A stretch of 34,074 nucleotides of DNA from Octopus bimaculoides (GCF_001194135.2 NC_068981.1:34836312-34870385); one strand, 5' to 3'. Positions 1 through 9,210 are shown, counted from the first letter of the stretch. The notes: a model not told the origin generated them from the letters alone. Numbers and translations are program-made.

Positions 1-167
1 ACATACATATATACGACGGGCTTCTTTCAGTTTCCGTCTACGAAATCCACTCACAAGGCTTTGGTCGGCCCGTGACTATAGTTGAAGACACTTGCTCAAG
101 GTGCCACACAGTGAGACTGAACCCTGAACCATGTGGTTGGTAAGCAAGCTACTTACCACACAGCCAC
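1..167 (-). mobile_element. SINE group A, 5' half (cut by window start)
   Basis: Reverse complement reads gtggctgtgtggtaagtagcttgcttaccaacc...caccttgagcaagtgtc...ggaaactgaaagaagcccgtcg, matching the copies at 2258, 21474 and 33916. Confidence 0.85.
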
Positions 168-200
168 ACACACACACACACACACATACATATATATATA

Positions 201-505
201 TTCTAAAATTTTTGTTGCTTCTTGCAACCTCTTCAATAGTCGTTGACTGTTAATTAATAAGGCATTAAAACAGAATGACTCTCTCCCCAGACACAATAAA
301 ATATGCTTCAACACACGAATTCACATAAAGAATCTTGCAAACCAAATGCAAAAATGAAAAATATATATTATCCGAAATGTACAGTATTATATATCCATCA
401 CTGCTGATCTTACCAGTAGGTTTCGCACATGGAATACAATGGAGTGTTAGGTAACAATCCGATTATATAACCTCACGCTCGTCAGAGTTAGTCGATATGG
501 AAGGG
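201..505 (-). mobile_element. Probable Penelope-type LTR/retrozyme-like element carrying a hammerhead
   Basis: About 300 bp between TA-rich tracts. It contains the hammerhead at 394-501 followed by a U-rich run on the minus strand. The family assignment is inferred. Confidence 0.4.
394..501 (-). ncRNA. Type I hammerhead ribozyme motif (canonical core)
   Basis: Minus strand: CUGACGA (485-479); stem II GCGUG/UGUGC closed by G-C; GAAA (424-421); stem III CC-UACU-GG; UA (GUA triplet, N17 = 411). Stem I is interrupted, with a distal UCCAU/AUGGA helix. Confidence 0.6.
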
Positions 506-544
506 AATATATATGTATGCGTTCAGTATATATATTTTTTTCTC

Positions 545-775
545 GTCTGGCCTAACAGCTCTCCATGTTTCTTCGCACTATTTCGTTTTCCCTGTGTTTT
601 CTGTTTGCCACTGAATTCCTCTGCATCACAAATTTTATTTAATTTGCTTTGCGGCAAGAGCTATTCTAACAATGCGCCCTGCCCTAACTCTTCGAAACGC
701 TTAGTTTAGAATAGGGTCAGCTGATGAAGGAAATGTTCTCTATGTGGCCTGTCTGTTTTCCTGTGTGAGATCCAG
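545..775 (+). repeat. Dispersed repeat family D with CGAAAC...CAGCTGATGA motif
   Basis: aatgcgccctgccctaactcttcgaaacgc...cagctgatgaaggaaatgttctctatgtggcctg is homologous to 11575-11830 (-) and 6457-6626 (+). Boundaries are approximate. Confidence 0.55.
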
Positions 776-949
776 AGATTCTTCGTTTAAAAGATACTTA
801 GTAGTGTTCAAAAAGATTCAAACTTATACTCCGATGTCTTTACAGGGGTTCGATTCCACAAGGTAAAGAAAGGCTATACGGGGGATCAAGTAAAGCGGGT
901 ATAGAGGCAATAATGCAGATAAACAAATTAGATACATTAGATATATTAA

Positions 950-983
950 ACTAGCTGGCTCCGAGCCGTCAAAAATGGCGGCT
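950..983 (-). mobile_element. Helitron-like 3' terminus
   Basis: Minus strand hairpin agccgcc-attttt-gacggct lies 9 nt upstream of CTAG, which is followed by T. Confidence 0.3.
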
Positions 984-1223
984 AATTGTAGTATTTAATA
1001 TATTAAATATGGATGGTAAATCAAATCGATGCACTTGTCAATGTTATGTAATGGTTGTCATTTGAGATGTGACATTGACCATCGTTGGTTACCGAAAGAA
1101 CGCTGGTTCACACATACAAAACATTCACATACTTCCCTTGTACACGCACGCACATACACACATATACTCACACAGAGTCTGATTTTTCTTTTCAGTGTTG
1201 AATGTTCACCCTCCCACTTCCAT

Positions 1224-1262
<39 letters not shown>

Positions 1263-1432
1263 TCTAACATTCGCATACCTCCTTTTTTTACATACACGCG
1301 CAGACACTCACACAGAGTTGGAACGCTCTCACTACCAGTTTGCCATCAGCTTCCTTGTTCATTTATCACCCCTTCATTTTCCATTCATGTGTTGTGACGG
1401 AGAAAAGCACAAGAGTATTATTATAGTAGATA

Positions 1433-1772
1433 CTAGCTGAATATCCCGGTTTGCCGGATAATTTTCACAATAGAAGATAGGGATTTTTCAAATTTGTTTT
1501 CCACTTATACTGACAGAGGCACTTATAGACAATAAGAGGCTCCGTTTCGACAAGCAAAAAGTTTTTTTTGAAATTTTTGTCAGATCCCACCCCACTTATC
1601 AAGACCGATTTTTTATCCAATCAGAAAACAGAATTTGTGCGTAATAATTGTCATAAAATGAAAATAAACTTTAGGAGGACATGAGGTTGTAAATAAAATG
1701 AAAGTAATGCGTGAGAGTTAATACTTATACAAAGTGAGTGAGTATCAAAAGAGTATGGTAAATATATATAGA
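1433..1772 (-). mobile_element. Putative non-autonomous Helitron (~340 bp)
   Basis: Minus strand starts TCTATATATATTT (1772) and ends with hairpin tatccgg-caaa-ccgggata, then ttcag-CTAG, then T (1432). Confidence 0.5.
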
Positions 1773-2024
1773 GAGAGAGAGATACATTGATGGTGAAAGA
1801 TAGAGTGGGAGAGTTGTTTATCTGAAAGTTAAGTTATTTCTCGTAGAAAATTATACTTTTCTATTGTTATTTATGGACGACCTTTTCTTTGAGACGCAGA
1901 TTTCGAAAATCGAATTCACTTTTCTCGAGGATGCACCGTTTCAGAGCCTTTCTGGCCTAAACACACTTACACTCGCATTTACGCGCGCGCACAAATACAA
2001 AACACACACACACACATATGCTAT

Positions 2025-2100
2025 GTGAAGGCGCAATAGCTCAGTGGTTAAGCGTCGGGCTCACAACCATGACTGAGCTGTATGTTGTGTTATTGAGCAC
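2025..2100 (+). mobile_element. Degenerate SINE group C head
   Basis: gtgaaggcgcaatagctcagtggttaagcgtcgggctcac resembles the head of the 7796 copy. Confidence 0.45.
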
Positions 2101-2257
2101 AGATAGAATTTCGCGTTTATTGATATAGATATTAAGTATATTAGTCTGAGTACGAAATACAAAGTATGTATATATATATATATGTATACATGCAAAACGA
2201 GAGAAAGCAAAAGGTGGAGACTCTCAGATGATGAATGTTTAAGTATGAATAAATAGA

Positions 2258-2418
2258 TAGGCGCAGGAGTGGCTGTGGTAAGTAGCTTGCTTACCAGCCA
2301 CATGGTCCGGGTTCATTCCCACTGCGTGGCACCTTGGGCAAGTGTCTTCTACTATTGCCTCGGGCCGACCAAAGTGGATTTGGTAGACGGAAACTGAAAG
2401 AAGCCCGTCGTATATATG

Positions 2419-2470
<52 letters not shown>

Positions 2471-2573
2471 TGTGTCTGTGTTTGTCCCCCCAACATCGCT
2501 TGACAACCGATGCTGGTGTTTACGTCCCCGTCACTTAGCAGTTCGGCAAAAGAGACCGATTGAATAAGTACTA
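2258..2573 (+). mobile_element. SINE group A with internal (TA)n(TG)n, runs into gap
   Basis: taggcgcaggagtggctgtgg..., B-box-like gggttcattcc, CORE-like caccttgggcaagt, then second half gtttgtcccccaacatcgcttgacaaccg. Confidence 0.85.
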
Positions 2574-2728
2574 NNNNNNNNNNNNNNNNNNNNNNNNNNN
2601 NNNNNNNNNNNNNNNNNNNNNNNNNNNNNNNNNNNNNNNNNNNNNNNNNNNNNNNNNNNNNNNNNNNNNNNNNNNNNNNNNNAGAGAGAGAGAGAGAGAT
2701 TTATATTACTAGATCCAGTACAAATAAC

Positions 2729-3428
2729 CAGTGGCAGCTCGTAGATAAAATTAGTTGGTGTGCTGCTTCAAAAAATGTTTAGCCGTTGTTTTAATATTGT
2801 GTAAAAGGAAACAAACATATAAAAAGTAAATTTATACATAAACGTGATCTGTTCGCATTTTAGCCACTGCCGGGTAGTGTGTTTAATTTGTTCACTAAAC
2901 TCCGCCTCGAATTCCCTCTTTTTTTTTTCAAAAATCCCCACTAAATCACAAAATAAGGGACGGAGGATCTACCCTATTTTTCAAATCCTAGCAGCAACAC
3001 TGAAACTGGAAGCAGGATATTAATCTAATTCTACAAATTATCACATTCAAAATATAAACACGTTTTTAAGCACAACACATGCGGAATGAAAAAGAAACAC
3101 TGCCTTTCACCAGCACTGCGTGAATGACAGTGCTCTCTCTCCCTAGCGTGAAGTTTCCTATCTCGGACATCGGACACGTGAGCATGCGCACAACAAGCCT
3201 AACACCGAGTCGCTGGAACTGTGAAGCGCGCAGTTCTATACAAGGATTTTTGTATTTTTTCATAAACTAGGAGAAGGCTACTGACATTAAGCTCAAGGAT
3301 TATATAATGTACAAGTATGAAGAAAGAATTAAAGAAAAAAAGACTCGTTATATTGAATGTTATTGATTATATCGAGTTGAAATAAGAGGTGCCGCAGTTC
3401 CACAGTGCCTATTCACGAACCGCCACTG
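2729..3428. mobile_element. hAT-like non-autonomous DNA transposon (700 bp)
   Basis: TIRs CAGTGGCAGCTCGTA and reverse-complement CAGTGGCGGTTCGTG match 12/15. The 8-bp flanks CAAATAAC (2721-2728) and CAAACGAC (3429-3436) match 6/8. Confidence 0.5.
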
Positions 3429-3489
3429 CAAACGACAGAGAAAATTACAGGGGTGGAAGAAAGGTATTATAACATCTTTCTTCTACCCC

Positions 3490-3519
<30 letters not shown>

Positions 3520-3521
<2 letters not shown>

Positions 3522-4056
3522 TTCAATTCAGTGCAAGTATAACAGACCTGATATTGTTCTGCGGGATTGGGAACAAAAGTTATGGACTATTGTAGAGATC
3601 AGTTGCCCAGCGGGTGTGAAAGTACTATCAAAAGTTCAGGAAAAAGAGAACATTTATGGCGAATTAGTGGGAAGTTACAGCACTTTTACTCTGACTATGA
3701 ATTTTCGTTTGTACCTCTCATCATGGTCTATGTACCAACAAATTTGCGCAAAACCTTGACATCCTCGATCTCAAGGAGAATAAACAAAAGAAACTGACGT
3801 GGGGGACACCAAATCCAATTTATTAGTGGCTCAGAGAAGATTTCTAAGACATTCCTAAAATTCTCCATCTAAGATTCTTATGTGAATAGATGCGCACACT
3901 TGGGTATAAGCATCAACAGTTCAACCAAAACACCAACTCAAACTCATATTTACGAACACCACGAACTCTCTTAACTCAAATGTCTTGTAGTTTTGCTAGC
4001 GACCGGCTGGAATTCTCTCAAGAAGAGCTTAAATAAAACTCAAAGAAATACATACA
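3520..4056 (+). mobile_element. R4/Dong-clade non-LTR retrotransposon 3' end (RLE domain + 3' UTR), decayed
   Basis: Translation from 3520: ISIQCKYNRPDIVLRDWEQKLWTIVEISCPAGVKVLSKVQEKENIYGEL..., then frameshifted LQHFYSDYEFSFVPLI...KTFLKFSI* (stop 3870-3872). This fits an RPD...E..K restriction-like endonuclease. Confidence 0.8.
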
Positions 4057-4487
4057 GTGAATTGGTAAGAACTAAAAAAAAGCTCTTATAGGTAACACAA
4101 AGCAGTGCGCAAATCAATCTAAACTTAAGTTCCGGCGTTTTCATCCAGGGCAAAGTCGACGGCTATCAGAGTGGCTATAAAGCAAAACAAAATCGAGCTG
4201 TTATGGAGGTAGCTACGTAGATAAGCAGTTAGCCATGGTACATATATTTACGTGGAGTACAAACAATGCAGAATAAGAATAATTTTAAAAATAGGGAGAG
4301 TGGGGAGAGAGAGAAAGAAATTAAGTAATGTAATGTCTTCAAAAGTTAAATCGATCACGTTGACCTTAGAACTTATTTTTTCTGCCTATCGGTGTTGGGA
4401 GAGACAAATACACACACACACACACACACACTCAAATACCTTCGCACACGCACATAAGGCACTGATCTATATGTGTATATGAAGTAC

Positions 4488-4610
4488 TTTCACACAGCTT
4501 TCATCTACCAAATTTGCTCGCAGGACATTGATCAAGCTATTTTGCAGTACAGTGGAACCGAACCCCAAACCACATGGTTTCGAGGCGAACTTCTTAATCA
4601 AATACTGCCA
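4488..4610 (-). mobile_element. Degenerate SINE group A fragment
   Basis: catctaccaaatt...gaaccccaaaccacatggtt...cttcttaatca resembles the reverse-complemented group A head. Confidence 0.4.
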
Positions 4611-4750
4611 TGCATATAGATTATTGGAACTTTAACATAATAAAACAAGTTCGTCCGTTACGCTTTAAGCAAGGTTAACTATGGAACGACATTGAAGACA
4701 TAATTGAAACTTTAACATACACACACTCGAACATTACGCTTCAACAAGCT

Positions 4751-5145
4751 GGCGAGCTGGCAGAATCGTCAGCACACCGGGGGAAATGGTTAGTCGGTCT
4801 TTACGTTCTGAGTTCTAATTCCGCAGAGGTCGACTTTGCCTTTCATCCTTTCGGGATCGATAAAATAAGCACCAATTGAGCACTGGGGTCGATGTAATTG
4901 ACTTAGGGCCTCTCACAAAATTGCTGGCCTTGTGCCAAAATTTGAAACCAAAGGCAGCGAGCTAGCAGAATCTTCGCAGCACCGGGTAAAATGCTTAGCG
5001 GCATTTCATTCATCTTTACGTTCCGTGTTCAAATTTCACCGAGGTTGACTTTGCTTTTCATCCTTTCGAAATCGATAAAATAATTACCGGTTGAGCTAAA
5101 CCCATCCTTTGGACTTGTTGACCTCGTGCCAAAATTTGAAACCAA
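4751..5145 (+). mobile_element. Two head-to-tail SINE group B copies (4751-4950, 4951-5145)
   Basis: Each starts ggcgagctggcagaatc or gcgagctagcagaatc, has gttctgagttctaattcc (B-box-like) and gtcgactttgcctttcatcctttcg, and ends gtgccaaaatttgaaacca. Confidence 0.8.
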
Positions 5146-5199
5146 TATTACGTTTCAACTCTACCTACTGATTTCGGGTAGACACGTGTATTCAGAGGG

Positions 5200-5570
5200 T
5201 GCTGTTGTTATCTGTTTCTGAATGCATGAGTTGATGTTTCATCAGGCGATGTAGCTCTGTAGGTCTTTCGGTCCCTCGCGACACGAAAACTACCCAGGGC
5301 TAACCACCGATGTACGCGGCAAAATTCTCGCACGACAGCTCAAATTTTGTTGAGTCAGATGTTGCGACTCTGGGCCAGCTATCATTTTCAATGCTCGATC
5401 TTGCTGCACCACTTGTCCTCCTTTTTGAGCCAGATGTAATGGCTTGCTTTCTCAGAAGCCTCCGACAATTTTCTAGCAAGATCTTTTTTCACTTTCGCAG
5501 CTAGCCCTATACACCTGAGCATTGAGTGGACCCTAGTTTCAACTAATCCCCTCTCGCTTCCCAACCAATG
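5200..5570 (-). mobile_element. HERO/NeSL-like RLE non-LTR retrotransposon C-terminus + 3' UTR
   Basis: Minus translation GSERGLVETRVHSMLRCIGLAAKVKKDLARKLSEASEKASHYIWLKKEDKWCSKIEH* (stop 5390-5388). It matches the recalled VGxRG...LSEAAEKASxWIWLKR ending of HERO-type ORFs. Confidence 0.7.
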
Positions 5571-6456
5571 AAATCGAACATAACGAAACCTTCAAATAAA
5601 TGAAGCAATGTTATCAAAATCTGTAAATTTATGCATAAATATAGAAATAACATTTATATAACATTCCCTGAATGAAAATATTTAATTAATGTGCTGTGCT
5701 TCAAGAGCGACTGATCGTTTATTCATCAAGTGGAAATGTAGTTAATTAAAATTAATTGATTTTAAGTATTTAGTTAAGAAATACAAGTAAATATAGAGAT
5801 TAAATAAATTACATTGAATTTAAATTGAATACATTGATTAGAAATATTCTGAATTGAGGATATTAATATTGCTAATTTCTTTTAAATTTTGCATGTTATG
5901 TTGTAGCTGTAGTTATTGTTGATGTTGTTGTTACTTTGTGGCCTCGGTCAACTATGACCTATCAAACTTACGAAGGAAATGTTCCAGACATGACCAATCC
6001 TTCGTAATTTCAGGACAATGTATCTTGCACTACATTATTCAGTGTATCGTGATGACTAGTTCGTATGAATAAAAGACTGAAAATTGAGGTGATCGAGTGT
6101 TCAATACCTTTTGTCAAATACAATGAGCCCTGCAAAATACATTTTGTTACGCTCAGAGACTGTGCCGCAAAACCCAGTCACTTTTTCCCACTGAAGAGGA
6201 CAATCGTAGGTAATCACCTAAGTACCCAATATTCTGTGCAAAACAGATTGGTAAGATTGACTGTAATGAATCTCTAATACATAATGATTATATACGTACA
6301 CATACACATACACACACACACACAGATATATATACACGTATGTATGTATGTATGTATGTATGTATGTATGTATGTAGGTTTGATAAGCCTGATAAGTGCT
6401 AACGCACAAAACTCTAGACCTTTGAGTCACTCTGTTCCCTCCACTAAATATTAATA

Positions 6457-6623
6457 TTGTTCTCTATGTGGCCTGCGTGTTTTCTGTACTCTGGTTATTA
6501 TTATTTTTTTTTGTCTACGTTTTGTTTGCAACGTCCTGTACCCAGATATGCCCCTGTATATACAGGTAGATGTAGGTATGCACATACTTGTACGTATATA
6601 TGCATATACTCATTTATTATTCG

Positions 6624-6626
<3 letters not shown>
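6457..6626 (+). repeat. Family D 3' portion
   Basis: ttgttctctatgtggcctgcgtgttttctg...gtacccagatatg...tgcatatactcat matches 734-760 and the 11.6-11.7 kb copy. Confidence 0.55.
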
Positions 6627-6663
<37 letters not shown>

Positions 6664-6704
6664 CGAATAATAAATGAGTATATGCATATATACGTACAAG
6701 TATG

Positions 6705-6705
<1 letters not shown>
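6582..6705. repeat. Perfect 124-bp palindrome centred on (TA)19
   Basis: The left arm acatacttgtacgtatatatgcatatactcatttattattcgtta is the exact reverse complement of taacgaataataaatgagtatatgcatatatacgtacaagtatgt. Confidence 0.9.
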
Positions 6706-6735
<30 letters not shown>

Positions 6736-7196
6736 GTGTACGTATATGAATATGTATATGTTTATGTCTGGAGTTACAGTGAGAGAGAAAGAAAGAAGAA
6801 CGTGCATGCACATACACACACATGCTCGTGCACAAACATCCACAAATTGTAAACATAAACAAATAGCGATTATTGCTATTTAGTTGCTAACAACAGTTGC
6901 TAAGGGTGTCCATGCTAACCATACAAAACATAACAATGCCTGTTCTTGTTTACGTCAACAAACCTCCATGCACGCATTATGACGGCTCTTGTGAATATTT
7001 TACATGATTCTGTATCTTCCTCTCTTTCTTCCTTCTACTACGCATCCTTCTTATTTTTATAGACTCCCCATAGTTTGTACACACTTGTGTGCACTTACAC
7101 ATAAAAGCATGAATGCACAAGATATGATTCAAGACGAAACACACCCATTCGTATACATACACATACATACACAGACTAAAATTTAGTGTTGCTAAG

Positions 7197-7520
7197 TATT
7201 ATTATTATTAGTTTGTCCGTCGTTATCGATGATGACCAAGGACATCACATGGAAGAAGATGACGAGTCACGGTGTGTCCAGCTGTGGTCAATCAGTCCGA
7301 TACAAGCTCGGAAGGCTCTACAGCAGATCGGGCACTGGTAGTCTGCTGGGACTGAAGACAAGGGGTTGACCCTGGACTTACGTAGTTCGCGTTTTCTCTG
7401 TGCCCCTGCAATCCTGTTCTTTTTGTAGAAAGTGGCACCTCTGTTGGTGCAGCTTCGCCAGGCAGGTCGGTCATGTGCTTGTGTTTCCCAAGTACTGGGT
7501 TTCATCTCAAAACTAGGGTA
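7197..7520 (-). mobile_element. RTE-clade LINE 3' end, 5'-truncated
   Basis: MKPSTWETQAHDRPAWRSC...QRKRELRK...CPICCRAFRACIGLIDHSWTH is an RTE C-terminus with a C2H2-like finger. A short UTR ggtcatcatcgataacgacggacaaac and a (TAA)4 tail follow. Confidence 0.85.
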
Positions 7521-7604
7521 CTCACATTATGAATGGTATCATGGAGAAATATTAATAATTATTATAATTTCGAATATGGACTCAAAGACTGAAAGTTGCA
7601 AAGG

Positions 7605-7760
7605 AGGGGATTAGTTTATTAAATGGAGCCAACTACTTTATTGGTATTTAGTTAATTAAATTAAATCGTGGTTTTGACTTCATTTCATCGATGTCGGCAT
7701 CGGCAAAATGAAAGGCAGAGTTGACGTGAGCGGAATTTGTACCCACGGCCTAGGGAGTGT
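7605..7760 (-). mobile_element. Highly degenerate SINE group B
   Basis: aaaatgaaaggcagagttgacgtgagcggaatttg resembles ggatgaaaggcaaagtcgacctcggcggaatttg. Confidence 0.35.
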
Positions 7761-7795
7761 GGCGGAGTGAACTTTGCAATGAACTTGTCTGATAT

Positions 7796-8192
7796 GTGAA
7801 GGCGCGTGGCTCAGTGGTTAGAGCATTCGGCTCACGATCGAAAGATTGTGAGTTCGATTCCCGGCGACGCGTTGTGTCCTCGAGCAAGATACTTTATTTC
7901 ACGTTGCTCCAGTCCACTCAGCTGGAAAAATGCGTAGTACCTGTATTTCAAAGGGCCGGTCTTGTCACGCTGAGTCTCGCTGAGTCTCGCTGAGAACTAC
8001 GTTAGGGGTACACGTGAGTCTCGCTGAGAACTACGTTAGGGGTACACGTGAGTCTCCCTGAGAACTACGTTAGGGGTACACGTGTCTGTGGATTGCTCAG
8101 TCACTTGCACGTTAATTTCACGAGCAAGCTGTTCCGTTGATCGTATCAGCTGGGACCCTCATCGTCGTAACTGACGGAGTGCTCCTCTCCTC
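7796..8192 (+). mobile_element. Full-length tRNA-derived SINE group C with 10-bp TSD
   Basis: A-box tggctcagtggttagagc and B-box gagttcgattcc. TSD tgtctgatat at 7786-7795 and 8193-8202. Tail ctcctctcctc. Confidence 0.9.
7981..8082 (+). repeat. 3 x 34-bp tandem repeat inside SINE C
   Basis: tgagtctcgctgagaactacgttaggggtacacg at 7981, 8015 and 8049 (one mismatch), preceded by an extra 10-bp copy of tgagtctcgc at 7971. Confidence 0.95.
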
Positions 8193-8194
8193 TG

Positions 8195-9045
8195 TCTGAT
8201 ATCCGAATGTGTCCTACACGCAGCAACAGCTATTCGACATAATTTTTACAAGTCAGGAGTTCTCGAACACTGAATGAGTGTGAGCAGAATGGTTCTATCG
8301 CTCTACCTGTACAGTTTATCTAGAACTGGCATTAACCCACGACTAGTACTACCAGGCCAGGGTTTTCTGTAAGCTGTCCATAGGCTCCAGACTGAATCCC
8401 CTCGGAAATAGATTGTTCAGTTGATCTTCGTCGACACCTTGAGCCTCTCGAGAACGTTGCCCACCACCAATCATCTATAGAATATAAGGGTTTCTATATC
8501 TCCGACCAAATTGCTTATTCCCCAGTTGGTAAAGAACTGTGAGAACCTGACAACATACAAAGCACTTGAAATTCGTCTTTACTTGACCTAAGACGCTACA
8601 TAAACTTCGCAGCTATTCACATCCAGGACCATTCGCTGTTGTTTTTTTAAACAGGTCCATGAAGATTGTCCATACTGTCGAGATCAAAACTTATCCGAAA
8701 CAACGCTGGTCGACCGAAAGTTTCGTACCCCTAATAGTGATCAGAGGAGTGCAGCAGTGTGAATCTCGGATACTTTGGTCCTGTCATATCTAAATAAAAT
8801 GACCTGAGAATATTAAACTTATAATCTGGCTTTCAAGCTGACCTTAGATCATTCGAATTTTATTACTGATTGTCAGTTCTGACATGTTTGCAGAATAACT
8901 GAAATAGGTCTTTTACTTCTATCTTCAGCAGTCTGAAGATCCAGTTTTGTCACTTTGAATTTGCATCGTTCTTACCAGAATTCTGTACGTTGACGCCATA
9001 GGAGAAATTGATTGATATCTTCCACTTTTGTTTCTAAGTTTTATA
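8195..9045 (-). mobile_element. Very old RTE-like LINE relic
   Basis: Broken-frame minus translations recall the RTE thumb and C-terminus: KVEDINQF-SY..., TKV...SLL-GYET, QRCF, GQRSR...EDQL, and a decayed CKN...C...R.G terminal finger. Many stops and frameshifts. Confidence 0.4.
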
Positions 9046-9210
9046 CTCCACCATTTTCACCTATTCCCAACATTTTGTATATAGCATGTAACCTGGATCA
9101 GGCCGACAGGCATGCGACGAATTTCTTGATATTTTCATAATTATGAGTGGGTAAAACGCTGGTATCACCATCTAAAGAGTCATTAGTTCGAATCTCATGG
9201 CTGATGGCGT

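Noticed and set aside
846-862. 17-nt microexon (tctttacag|...aag|gtaaag)
   Set aside because: Splice-like words are common, the length is not a multiple of 3, and no partner exons are identified.
5225-5290. GAAA...CUGAUGA on the minus strand of the HERO-like UTR as a hammerhead
   Set aside because: No UH triplet in register, no stem I, and stem II does not pair.
6157-6209. 53-nt candidate exon (ctcag|...tag|gtaatc)
   Set aside because: It is open in two frames but has no recognisable peptide, so it cannot be supported without transcript data.
7796-7870. tRNA gene (also 30943-31015, 2025-2085)
   Set aside because: A and B boxes are present but there is no acceptor stem or terminator. The heads continue into SINE bodies, two of them bounded by TSDs.
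7981-8082. CRISPR-like 34-bp direct repeats
   Set aside because: The repeats are contiguous with no spacers, lie inside a eukaryotic SINE, and no cas genes are present.
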